A stretch of 64,000 bases of DNA, taken from positions 347,317 through 411,316 of the forward strand of contig RDEW01000046.1 of the NCBI GenBank assembly GCA_011109175.1, read 5' to 3'. Under the pieces are notes generated by a model that saw only the letters and a list, made by a program, of their open reading frames with translations, searched no databases and was not told where the DNA came from. Positions within the stretch are counted from its first letter, which is position 1; each line of letters starts with the position of its first letter. Shown here one piece after another: positions 25,667 to 37,959 of the stretch. Source of the DNA: Dicyema japonicum (lineage: Eukaryota > Animalia > Dicyemida). The translations under genes and the position numbers were made by a program.

Positions 25667-26497
25667 ATCTACACAATACTACATCGATCAACATCTTAAT
25701 GGAAAAAGACTTCAGACAGAATGCCAAAGAAGTATGGAGACCACTCAATTTTTTCTTACTGGAGATAACTAAGAACAACGGGATATCTTTTTGGTTAAAG
25801 AATTTTAAATGCAGATGTTCCACTTCACAAATTAGGGAATAGTTATATGGATAGTTTTTGTTAATTTACATATAAATTGTTATAAAATGATTTCTTAGGT
25901 TGGTTATTTTTAATTTAAAACCCAGATTAAGTATTTGTGATATTACGTTTACAGTTAAACGCAAAAAACACAAATAATTTGAAAAATAATAAAATTGTCC
26001 TATTTCTTTCTTAATATGTCCTAATTTTAATACACTAGACCCTCGCAAAATGACCATTTTTGGTTCCTTATAATTTTGTAGCCAATTCATAAAGACACAG
26101 CACCACACTAACTTTGTCGTCATGTGAATAGTTGCCAAAATCAAAGCAATGTCTTTAACTCAACTAGGAGAGAGCGTAGTTCCAAATTTTGCATCTTATC
26201 CGTTGGCGTTTAACTTTAGAACCGTGGTCCATCCTTTGTGGTGGACTAGGGTTTCCTTCCGGGAATTGTAGCTAAAAGCGCGTGCCGTCGAGGAGAAAGT
26301 ATCCTCGGAGGTAAATTATAATGATTTCTTTGGAGGAGCATTAGGTGCCCTCCTGTAGTTACCAATACTAACAGAATTAGTGAATCACGTAAGGGTAGGT
26401 TAAAATTTAAATTGGATAATGTGTAGGTCAATTCAAGCGTTTATAAAAATCATATTCTCAGTTAAAAATTAAGCCAAGTGAATTTATTAATAGTTAA

Positions 26498-29400
26498 TCA
26501 CACATTCATTGCATACAAAGACCCCAATATTAATATCCATTTAAGAGTGAAATCCTTCGATATTCCTCCGCACCATAAACCGGTCTCTACTATAAAAATG
26601 CACCAAAACGTTAACATAAATTCCACTGTCATTTAATATGTGGATTGACAGCAGACCAATTCTACAAGTCATAGCCGTTTCCTCCCCTACGAATGTCACC
26701 AAAAAGACCAACCAGGTGTGGTTGGTACCCAGAGGCCATATGGAAGGTCTGTAAAAAGGGAAGTACAGTTATTTAGGCACTGGCAGTCATTAACGTCCAT
26801 TACAGCAAACAACACGTTGAACCCGACAAGTCTCCTGACATTTAATCGCCTAAAATCGACAAATAATGGGTTTACTTGAAGCACGTACCCATTATATTGT
26901 CTCACTGTGACTAAGCTTGTCTGTAAGAATGTAATATGTTATCTCAGAAGTATTCACACGTGTATATCTAAAATAAGAATCAAATAGCCGACTGTTTATA
27001 TAAATTAGCTCGTAAAAGGAGATTCATAAGAAATTTGTCAATTTTTCCCAAAAATGATCCAATCTATTTCATTTATAATAAAATAAACATTAGGTAGATC
27101 ATGGGGTTGATTTGAACTTAAAAGATGAGCTCCGTCATCCAAAAGTACGCATGAAACATAGTTAGGCTGTCCACAATTTGTTGCTAGAAGGTTGTTTAAA
27201 ACACTTAAGAATAAAAACCACCAGAAACTGAAATATCAAAAAAATTTACCGCCGAAATTTTGAATTTTAATTTTATTTGAAATTTGAATTCTTGTACTTC
27301 CTATAATTAAATAAATAAATAAACCATTTATTAATACAGGTTTCAGTAGTATTTGATCAGCCAGAAACAATTGCATCACACTTGAATCCTGTTGGTATAA
27401 ATCAGTGAGATGGTCATCTAAGTCAGTCGAATTACTTAGTAAGGATTATTATGACTACTTTCCCCGAATGGACGCTAACGAGGAACTCCCAACTGCAAAA
27501 AGAATGTCAGTATATGCTCTATTATACTTGTATAAATTATTCTTTACTTAAATGTTGTTTTTTGTTCCCAAATTTGATTGTTGAATTCAGCCAAAACGTG
27601 ATAGTCGAAAAGAACTCGCTGTACAGCATTTTTCGAGTCTAAATGTTTAAGGGATCTTTCACTACAATTTAGACTTTGTTGAGAAATATTTTGCAGAAAA
27701 GACTCAATATTGACAATTGTAGGGGAATTCTCGTCGAGGGGACGTAGTAAACTATATTAGATTAGAAATAAACTTATTTAATTTTATAAGGAACTTGCAC
27801 GTGGAGTTAACCAAATCTAAATTATTGGAGTGTATTGTACTTTGGTATAATTCAGGTATTCCTGTTATATTAAGCCACTGGTTGTTCACACTGGGAATTA
27901 CCACTGCGACACTAAAAACTAAAAGAGTAAGTTACTAGAGCCCCACATCAGTAACTTTGTTGAAAGTGTAGTTATAAGGTGAGAAGTATCCGTAGAATGG
28001 AGCCTACGTTAATACAACCTTACTTTGGCCGTGAATTTGGTGGCGGTTATTTGTGCTGTCATTTGGGTGGCGGAATTGTTCAGAATATGACCGACGAACT
28101 AAGCATAAAAGATCAAAGATGGTACGCTCTCTAGCTGTGTGGAGAAATACTCAAAATAAGGAAGAGTAAATTGAGTGTTCTAATTACAGAAATGGAGTAC
28201 TTTGTCATTCAAATTTTTGTGCCAGATAACATAACCATTCGAGTTGACAACAAGCATATATTGCCCGAATATGTACTGAAATACATAAAATTTCAACTCT
28301 CTCATCTTTGAGGCAGTCACCCATGATCTCTAACGGTAACTCAATCCCCGCTACGCCGACACTTGTCGTCTACACTGAGCCTAATTCTCACCAAATTCGT
28401 GGAATAATTGAAAATTGGCTGTGTGATCAATACAGCTAGTTTGGATGTCTAAAATGACTGTCTAAAATGACTGAAACGTCTAAAAATCGTGTAGGGGGCT
28501 GAATTTCCAGAGTTTTGTTGTGAAGTGAAAGCAGTCTGGAAGTTACCGAATTAATAATCTGAAAAAAATTAAAAAATATAAAACATCAACAATTTTATAG
28601 ATTGCCCCAATCGTTGAGATTTTGTAATAATATCCCCATTCTGGCAAGCCAACCAGTATAAAGTCTCTGCGTGTTTATTTCCCTGTTCAATAACAACGGA
28701 AAATATTTTTATCTGAGCATAAAAAATAACTTTACGGGAGAATTAGGCCAATTATACTTCCTGCATATATATTCCACGTTATCCGCATCTCCGTCTGATA
28801 TTACGACAATAACAGGAATGGAAGACGGGGACTTGTTATTCTCCCGCCACAAAGTATAAAAACTTGGATACTTTTATGAGCTCAATGAAGGCGAATTCCA
28901 ACCCAGAGTTTAAATCGGCAACTCCCACCGCCTTTAATTCCCCAACGCTTTTGTATAAAATCTAAAAATAATGCCTAGAGGACATTCTTATTGAATATTG
29001 TGGCAGGGACGAGGGTTTGAAGACAACTTGTCCACCTTGGAGTGATCCCATACTAGTAAACTGAGGATATTTATTAAATACGCTTAGAACGTTAACGTGG
29101 TCGTTTTCATTCAAGGAATCAAGAATGGCTTTAACCGTCAGTCTCATCAAAAAATGAATTCTCCCGTATGTACTTCCACTGCTACAACAAATATGTCTTC
29201 AAACTTGTCAATCGCTATTACTATTTGTCTGGGGAAGGTTCTAGCAAATGAATAAAATTGAGTATGTCTTGCATCATATAAGCTGATCGTGCTAGGAGAT
29301 CGCTTAAAACCTAGTTTATTGTTTGAGGTAAATACCCGGGAAAACACGGAAAACCGAATTGTCCAAGGCCACAAACTGAAATGACGAAACATTCATATTT

Positions 29401-30067
29401 CGTTTGTTTTGAATGAAAACTGAATCCAAACTGTTTGTATAATTTATTGTATTGATTATAACGTTATCTAAGCCCTGTGAGATGCAACTTTAAACTTTCA
29501 TAAACTTCAATTGGTATATCAACCACTGATCTTGAAAAGTTCACATTTCTGTTTATCTGGACTTCATAGCTCAGAGAAAAGTTGTCTGTGGTGCTCCTCG
29601 AGTCGATGTAATCACAACCCTGCTGTTTTATAATAAACAAACACTAAGTTTTGGATTGAAAGTCGCATTTCTTATTTCAGTTTCGACAGCATTTACGATA
29701 TTCTAGAAAATCAATACAAATCGAAAACTTGTAGGTTTGATGAATATCTGTGGATTTGATCAGAGATTTTATTCGACGCAAAAGTGGCCGTCAGCGTGGG
29801 AGAATGGGGCACTAATGCTCCCTGTAAGTGGGTAAGTTTCTGGAGATAAATCTAAGAAGTATATATTATTTTGTCAATATGATTGATTAACTCAATTAAA
29901 ACAATCTATACAATCTCTAATTGAGTTGTGTAAGTTGTTTCATTAGCGATTACTTCGAGACTGTATTGAAGGTTCGCCTGCCACTGATCCATGTTTCTAT
30001 TAAAATTTTAATAAAATTACCCTTCCCAGCAAAATATGGAGTAAACAAATAGCAAAAATTTATACAT
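26498..30067 (-). CDS. CACNA2D: Voltage-gated calcium channel alpha2/delta subunit (many micro-introns)
   Basis: Signal-like MYKFLLFVYSIFCWEG, VNFSRSVVDIPIEVYE, LYDARHTQFY...FPRQIVIAID|SGSTYG...ILDSLNENDHVNV (VWA/MIDAS), ISDG, WLACQN/GYYYKISTIGAI, GVAGIELPL, VVNSNGYVIWHKNL, QRVLFD, and a CGG plus hydrophobic GPI-type tail. Some internal exon boundaries are uncertain, and there is a frame break at 28634-28637. Confidence 0.85.
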
Positions 30068-30295
30068 CTGAAAACTTATCTAAAAATAAATATTTTGTTG
30101 CTGCTTGTATTAGTGTATTTGCTGTATACTTGATAGTCCTAACAACAAATGAAAAATAATTTATTATAATTTTGGTTTTCCAATGAAATTAAAAATTTAG
30201 TTTTATTTAAAAATTAAAATTTTATTCAATCGAATTTGATATTTCATTATTTATTAATTATTATTGCATTTGCAATATAATAATAATTAATTTCT

Positions 30296-30505
30296 TATTT
30301 TAACAACCCAAGACCACGGTAATTATCATGTGATCCCGATGCATTCCAACAGCGACCTCAACTTTGGCCGTGTTCTTCCCTCGTGCCCGCGCATAAATGT
30401 TCTGTACGGCTGACTGATTTTTCAGACCACATTCCCGTGATCTGGAGTCTAGTCTCATAAGGGCCTCCAGAGGCGTAGTTACCGTGGTCTCGGGTTGTCA
30501 AATAA
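30296..30505 (-). mobile_element. Short LINE 3' fragment whose 5' junction carries an inverted copy of its own 3' terminus
   Basis: Homologous to 20580-20756. ACAACCCAAGACCACGGTAA (30303-30322) versus its near-perfect reverse complement at 30479-30498. Confidence 0.8.
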
Positions 30506-31019
30506 AATAAAAAATTTCTTTAAATTTGAGTTGTTATGATCTAAAAAGCGTCAAATACACCAAGTTCGTATTTGATTATCATATAATCCAAAAATGGAGG
30601 AACTTGGACAAGAATTGTTGGATTTATGGTAGCCAATGTAATATGGCAGTTAATCGGATTCAATGAGTGTTGTTAGCACAAAAATGAGACTTATTTTCAA
30701 CCAAAATTGTTAATTATTAACATAAATAGAATAATGTTAACTATCTTCCTATACGTTTATCATAAGATAGGTGTTCACTGTGGCAACCATAGTAATCACC
30801 CAAGTTATTTCTATTTTGGAAAAAGATTCAATTGGATCCTATCTGTATCCGAAATATCTCAAAGTTAAATCTTAAAAAAATTGATTATTCGACCAATAAA
30901 AACCTAAAAATTTGAATAACACGAATAAAATCGATTTCAGAAATTAATCTAAGTAAACAAACTTCGTCTTGATGAGCTCCAAGGTTTTAACAAGATTTCA
31001 TAATTTTCCGTCTCGATGA

Positions 31020-31380
31020 GCTCCAGTGATCAGATCGTCTGCATATTCAAACGCAATTGTATTTTTGGCTTCCGGATTAGGCAGGCGGACAGGAACAGGT
31101 TGAAGAGGTCCGGAGACAACAAAGAGCTTTAGGGAACACCATTTGGAAAAAGTCTTGAGACCGACCTGGATCCATTCATACAGACCCGTCCTCTCCTTCC
31201 GCTAAGAAAGTTGGAAAGCCACAGTTTTATGTTGGAATTGAGTGGTAGACCAAATATTTTTTGCATAAGGATCTTTCTGCAGACTCAGTCGAATGTCTTC
31301 TGAAGGTCAAGAGAGCATATGACTGATTTGTGGCGTGGTTTAGTGTCAAATCCTTCTATGATGAACTGAGTTAACAAGGT
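31020..31380 (-). mobile_element. Degenerate LINE RT fragment
   Basis: GVP*SSLLSPDLFNLFLS...FEYADDLIT. Confidence 0.65.
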
Positions 31381-31470
31381 AAGGTTTGTCGATAAATTTT
31401 AAATATTAATTATATTTATTATCAAATAATTGTTAATTAAAATTTTAAATCGGGATGAGTTGTCATTGAC

Positions 31471-31840
31471 ATGAATGGTTTTTTTTAATTTTACTCTCAG
31501 ATTTTGAGTTTTACGAGGAATCAAATTATCACGATACTATACTTAGGAAGGCACGTGATGTAAAACAAGTATTAAATGATCTTTTTATCAGATAAGGTTG
31601 TTGTTGACATGAAGTATGCCGTGAAAGAGACTAAATCTTTATCTGACAAACTGGTATTAACAGTTAATCATTAAGAATGCTACGACAGAAAAACAGACGG
31701 CATTGTTCAAGGATTCAATCAACAAGGTTGCCAAAATAGGAAAGTCTGCTAGGAATTGCAAATTCACTTTATGTCTGATTGTCTACGTGTTTTTTCTGTA
31801 TTTTGTTTGTCGTTTATTGTTTTATTTATTTTTGAAATAA
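31471..31840 (+). CDS. Bet1/BET1L-like tail-anchored Qc-SNARE (98 aa)
   Basis: Introns 31478-31500, 31569-31596 and 31654-31675 (23, 28, 22 nt) give MNDFEFYEESNYHDTILRKARDVKQVVVDMKYAVKETKSLSDKLNATTEKQTALFKDSINKVAKIGKSARNCKFTLCLIVYVFFLYFVCRLLFYLFLK*: a heptad-like helix plus a C-terminal TM anchor. Confidence 0.7.
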
Positions 31841-32129
31841 ATTTATTTTTAAACCTTTTTGAGAAAATTATGTCTCACGAGAAACTAAAATAATTTCAAA
31901 AGAATAATGGAGAGAAATCAGTTCCAAGGTGGGTTAATATTACTATAGTGTATATAAAATTATATTCTTCCCCTCGTTCCACCTCCTGATTATCCGACCT
32001 GTTAGACTCCTCCCGCTCTTTTCGAGATTGCGGTTTTCGGAGCCTCTCTAGAAGTGTTTATCGGGGAATTTTTGTTTATTTAATCAATATGTAATTAATT
32101 TAATATAGTGCGCTTGAATGGGCAGGCTG

Positions 32130-33450
32130 TTTCTCCTGACATTTACTATTGAGATTTCCTGTCGTTGTCATCCAGTCTAATGTAGATCTTTAGAGCCGAT
32201 CCGACAGAATAGGTAGTCCGCTTGTGGGCCAAGGATTCCTGATGTCTCAACAGAGATAAGGAAAAACAAATAACCTTCCGAAATACTTCAGTGTTTCTTT
32301 GATTCTCGACTTTCTTGGAAACATGGCTAGGATCTAACGCCGAAAGAAATATCTTGCAAAATATTATCGATCGCCAGGAAAAAGAAGGGGACCAAGTAGG
32401 TCGCCCTGTGGTAGTCCTGTTTCGGAAGGAATTATTTCATTCCCAAAAATGAGAGGAAGGACTTGAATACAAATGGTGGACGAAAGAATAAATTTTCGGC
32501 TATATAAAGAAAACGTAGATATCTCTTCTAACAGAGTTAATGGCGTCTCGCAGATTCAATTTTAAAAGGACGTTCTCCCCAGTTTCATGTGATAACCTTA
32601 CAAACTACTTATCGTATAAATCCTTAACTTTGCATCTACCTTTGGCCCCCACGACCAGCTGCAAGGGAAAAAGTCGACTGAAATGCTCCCAATCACTGAC
32701 AGATAAGTAAATTTTTCAGGAGACCCGGTAGAAAACATTGTCGATTGCAATCTGACGAATTCTACCATCTTTCTTTCCTAGCAAAGTGGACTAAAATCGG
32801 AAATATTTAAAAAAGGCAACGCGTTCACAAGATCATAGATTCTCCTAGACACAAGTGTATCAGGTTGACCAACAGATCGAGATAAAAGGTTCATGAGAAG
32901 CCCGTTCTTAAGAAAATCAATTCTTCCATTACTAATCCTTTGGAATTATCGGAGGTTATCAAGAAGATTAGCAGAAGAATCGTCCTCTCTAAAAAGGTCG
33001 AGACAGATGTGCAAAGATCGTCTGGCATAGGAAGATGCTTTTCCCTCAGAAAAGAAACTGACTCAGTGGAATAATTCATTGGGCTAGAATATGTACACAG
33101 AGTCAGAACTAGTCAGATCCTCTTCCATCAATTTCTTCCTAACGCGTTAACTAAACCTGTCAGACCCTGAGGACAGTTGGCTGATGGATGAGATTAGCGC
33201 AATCCTCAAAGGTAGAAATAACTTTTCGGCTAATGCCTTTCGAGATTTCATAAAGTAGTCAAGCGTGCTTTTATCGGCTTGACAAAGGTCTTCGTTAAAG
33301 AAGAGTAGGCTTCGGAAATGGTAAGTAGACCAGATGGTTCATCGGTTGTTATAGAGTGAAAAATGGCTGCTGGTTATTCGAGCGAATCTCGCTCGTCATC
33401 CTGAAAGTGAACAGCCACGCAGTCAAGGCGGCCGCTATATGACCATTTGC
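32130..33450 (-). mobile_element. CRE-like RLE retrotransposon copy D (internally deleted)
   Basis: KKDGRIRQIAIDNVFYR (CRE KKDGGIRPIAVG..RR) and SVETSGILGPQADYLFCRIGSKI (RLE C-terminus). Confidence 0.75.
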
Positions 33451-33678
33451 TTACTTTTTAAATAATAAATTGTTCATGTAGAGTAATCTAAAACAACCAA
33501 TATAAGTTTCACCTTTGTTTTTTCCTTTCGTCTCAAAAAATAAAGCGATTTCTGGTCTCAGGAATTAAAATCGTTTGAGCACTTTGTGACACGACTACCA
33601 ACGGACTGCTGTGTAGAATGGAACATCCGTGAAATAATTATTTATGTCTTATGGAATCTGACTGAATTGCTACCTTCC

Positions 33679-33688
33679 TATATAAAAG
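33679..33688 (+). promoter_or_regulatory. Candidate TATA box upstream of the lectin gene
   Basis: Canonical TATATAAAAG about 300 bp upstream of ATG 33989. Position is the only support. Confidence 0.3.
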
Positions 33689-33988
33689 CGAGCGTAAAGT
33701 TTAATGTATGAACTTCTGATCAAATCCTTAATATATCCAATATTTCTTTAATTTTTTAGCTAGTCCGTGAATAGAGCTCTAAGGTATTTAACTTTCATAG
33801 AATACCCGTAAAGTATCTCTATCAGCAAAAATATGTCAATGTAGGGATTTTTGACAAAATAATAAAAAGTAATTTTATTTTTCTTTGACAATAAAATTAA
33901 TGAAATCACATTATGACCACAAATTGTTTTTCATTCCCAAAGACAATAAAATAAAGGCTATATAAACGAAAAATATGCAATTAGAAAA

Positions 33989-36451
33989 ATGATGGTTTTT
34001 AAAATCTGTATAGGTTAGATCTTAATATAATTTTAGGATTACTTTTTTGTTTCTTAACGTCTGGTATCTGAAAATTATAATTTTAAGGTGTCGACTACGA
34101 TGAAGTTTTCAACTACAACGGTCATTCGTATTACTTCTCTTCCTCCAAATATAGTGGCTATTATCATAAATACAACTGCGGCAAAGATGGACACTATCCA
34201 GTAGAAATAGTGAATTCCACGGAAAATAGTGTCATCGCAAGTCAAATAGAAACTTATCCTTAGGTGTTTTAAGAAAAGACAGCGAAGTTGGAGTATACAA
34301 AAATTATGGCAATAAGAAATATTATCTTACTCGCAATGATAAACTAGCTGTACGGAAAAACCTAATTTTAGAATTATACCAACATCGACCCAAAATCATA
34401 TGTTAGCTATTCATCAATGACCTGTGTGATGCAATCATCCAACGGAATTTGGATTTTGTCCTACCGTTGGATTCATTTTTATATCATATGTGAGAACGGT
34501 AGTAATTATAAAATCAAAATTAGACAAAATATCATCCACTGGAATTAACATAACGCAAGATAAAATAATCAATAGTTGACATTGAAAATAAATCCTAGTC
34601 AAATACGACGATTTGCTCAGTTACAGAGGACATTCTTATTACATTTACGGCATAAACCGAGACTATGAAGTAGTTCTCCGAATCTGCAAAAATGATCATA
34701 ATGGGTATATCTTTATTCCCAACGATGGACCTGAAAACTGTGCAATTAATAGTATACCTTTGATAACACGTTATAGCCAAAAATCACGGGTTTATTTACG
34801 TTGGGATTACTCAAATAAAAAATAAATTTATAACTGAGAAAGGCTATGAAGCGGTTAGAGCTGAAAATTAAAATTAGAAATATCTCCCATGGGCACCCCG
34901 AACCCAACCAAGGAAACATGTGTTGAAAGAAGTCATGAGACTGGAGAATTTACAAGTAAATCCTGTTACGATAATAATCACATAATTTGTGAAACTGGTT
35001 GTGCTTATCTTAACATGGTAGATGTCGTAATTTCGGGTGCAACTCCGGTGGACTGTAATTACTCCAGGAAACACTGTATGCTTCTAATTGTCATTTACAG
35101 TTTATTTTGCACAAATTTTGCAATATAATGGATATTCTATCAGAATATTCGATTTCAAAACTTCCTATGAGGATGCTAAGCTGTTGTGCTCTCGACGAGA
35201 AGATATCCTTTATACTCCACTCGATCAAACAGAAAATTGTGCTGTGATGGGTTTTTACTTTAATTATGCCAAGAAAACACTGAATTTACCATGGGACTGA
35301 ATTATGGCGAGATATACGTCAAAAATGTCTTAGTCCGTGGCGACGGATTTAAAGATGTATGTAAATGCAAATATATTAGAACTACACAAATTGGGATTCT
35401 GGGTACCCTGAAAAGAACGATCAAAAGACATGCGTATATGCATACTATCACTCCGGTAAATGGAGAAACGATGTCTGTCAAAATATATCATTTTCTTGCA
35501 GAGAAAGGCAAAAAAATCTACCATCGTCTATCACGTGCAATAAAAACTTTTATGGTTGGAATTTAGAGCAAATAATATTTAGAAATACCAAAAGATGCTT
35601 ATCCAGTTGTAGTTTATTCGAAAACCTATTCTATGTTTGGCCGTCTATTAAGTTACCACGACTCCGTGAGACTGTGCTCATATTACGGACAATCACTCAT
35701 ACAAACAACGGATTTGAACATAATTAAAAAACTAACCAATAGTACTCTTATTTATGCTCAACTACAGACCTAATTGAAACAAATATGCACGTGGGTTACA
35801 GAATATTATGGGATAACACAACACTCACCTGGCTTGATGAGCAACCATCTGTTTACATATATTTTCTTAGTTTTAGGGAACTATAAAATGGGCTCCTGGT
35901 GAACCCAAAAGTAACGACTTTTTAATATCTTGTGTGAGCATTGCCCCAAACAATACATTCATCACAAATTCTTGTTACTCTAAATATGTCGCAGTTTGCG
36001 TTGGAAATGGTTTTTTAAATTGGTCACAAAAGAATCTCCTACAGGACTACGACTACTTCGAGACATCATCAACAAGCACAACAACAACTTCCACGACCAC
36101 CACAACTACTACAAGTACCACAACTCCAACAACAACAGAAAAAACTAGTTTACGATATTTTTTAGTTTAAGGTTCCTCAACATTAAAAGCATCGGCATGT
36201 TTATTGTAATTAAATTATTTCATAGCTAAAAAATCGAACAGCGTTGCAGTCGGAGTCGGAGTGTTCTTTGGTATTCTTGGGATCATAGCTGTCGGATTCG
36301 GAATTTTCATTTACAAAAAGTATGAGATTTTTTAAGTTTCCTTAGAAAAGGTATCTCACTGTCTCTTCCTAATAACTTGAGCTCATTCGGAAGTTTTAAA
36401 TGTAACTCGAATATTTTAAGATTTTTAGTTCGTAGACCAAGAATAAATTAA
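33989..36451 (+). CDS. Type I membrane protein: signal peptide, about four divergent C-type lectin-like domains, Thr-rich stalk, TM helix, short tail
   Basis: Introns 34014-34036, 34064-34087, 34752-34776, 34854-34877 and others. MMVFKICIGLLFCFLTSG, FNYNGHSYYFS...CVMQSSNGIW...ICE, YRGHSYYIY...C...ICET, YNGYSIRIFD...AKLLC, LSYHDSVRLC, poly-Thr 36061-36145, TM VAVGVGVFFGILGIIAVGFGIFIYK. Frame break at about 34891. Confidence 0.8.
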
Positions 36452-36489
36452 CAAAATTATTAATTTCACTAACATAACTTTTTCTTTAT

Positions 36490-36770
36490 TATTTAATCAT
36501 ACTTTGTCATTTTTGTTGATTATGTTGATGCTCAGTTGTAGGAATATAATTTGGTGCGTCCTGGGGTCTCCCGACGTTAGGAGGACCTCATTGAAGCGAA
36601 AACTTTGTGTCCCTTCGACAGCCACCATCGGGATGTCATTTTGAGAACCGATGGAGAAAGCAGGTTTTTTGTGCTGTGTAAGACACCAATAATATCCAAC
36701 GGAAACCGCAAAGTGAACCACAATGTCATTCTATCACGTTTTTTCTATTCGGTTTCTATTGTTTATTATT
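36490..36770 (-). mobile_element. LINE 5' fragment with a deletion-damaged 2A-like motif and APE start
   Basis: EVLLTSGD[deleted]CCAGGA (PG) followed by IIFLQLSINIINK. Confidence 0.55.
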
Positions 36771-37189
36771 AATAACCACGGATACACCGAGAAAAAAAGT
36801 TAATAGTTTGTGCTGGGCTTACCAAAGATTGTAAGTCTGGGGTCAATAATAATAGGCGCAAAAGCAAAGTCCTTTTAATATACACAAGAACCTTTAAGGG
36901 AAAAAGCTTGTATTCCTGTAGTTAAAAGAAACCCAATGGGGGGTGAAATAACTGATTTTTTGTGCCACTCTGACACAAAACGTTTAATAGATATAAATTT
37001 GACTATTAATTCGTTTAAGAAACTTTTTAATAAAACAAATCTTCTACTTTCAAAACTATTTTTCAGAGAATCTAATTGATTACTTTTTAACCTGAAAAAT
37101 TAACTTTATTTACCTAAAACTAAAAATTAACCCAAAAATTTAACTTTATTACTAACAATAAAAACACTAAAACTTTTTGTTACACATAC

Positions 37190-37950
37190 AAATTACATAA
37201 TTTTCTAGATTTTCTGGTGGAAAATGTCTGTTGGATCTTAGAATATTCTTTATCTCAGAGAAACATCGTTCAACCGAGCACGAAGTTGTCTAACAATTCA
37301 GGAGTAATGAGAGATATGTGAATTAGTCATTTTAATTATGTTTGAAATATCATTTTTTGAAGCCTTTTATTTATGTATTTTTTAATAAATTTGTTGTCAT
37401 TTCCAAATTCCAACGATTCTAAACCATCATATGTTTGTTCAATTGTAAAGCTTGTACTTTGGTAATAATATCTGCAATAGCAACATTATTCGGAAACCTG
37501 GAATGTTCGAATAGCTTCAGATAAGGTCACATAGACTGCTAACTAACGGTGAGGGAACTCGTACAGAGCCTCAGTAAAACAATTCTTTGAATAGTTTGTT
37601 TAGTAAAATATCAGATTATATAAATGCTCTGGTTACTTTTAGAGCCCAATCATCATTTTTGGGATATTGGTCAATGTGTGTTTGGTGAGATTCGGTCAGA
37701 TTATCTACAAAAAATAATTGTTATATCGCAAAACTCAATGAATTTTCATCAAAATAAATTTTGATGGGAATTTACAAAATGCCTTTTTTTGCCTTTCCTC
37801 GCATTTTATATTACACAAACAGTGTCGACAATATAGCGAACCATCCTCAAGAATCATAAATTCTTTAGGATAATACTTTACAATGGCCTTAGCTTTAATT
37901 TGGTACGATTTTGCTATCTTAGGTATGTCAACCAAAAATTTTAGTGGCAA
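37190..37950 (-). mobile_element. CGGBP1-like/hAT-related transposase remnant
   Basis: N-terminal YYPKEFMILEDGSLYCRHCLCNI zinc finger and C-terminal TTSCSVERCFSEIKNILRSNRHF..ENL dimerisation-like motif. Confidence 0.65.
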
Positions 37951-37959
37951 AATATATTA

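Noticed and set aside
25860-26430. Additional gene downstream of CACNA2D on either strand
   Set aside because: Several intron-like GT..AG segments exist, but no splicing combination gave a stop-free, recognisable protein.
30540-30875. Small membrane-protein gene (hydrophobic stretches on the + strand)
   Set aside because: No consistent start or splice model could be built, and the similarity to ATP6V0E or NDFIP was only impressionistic.
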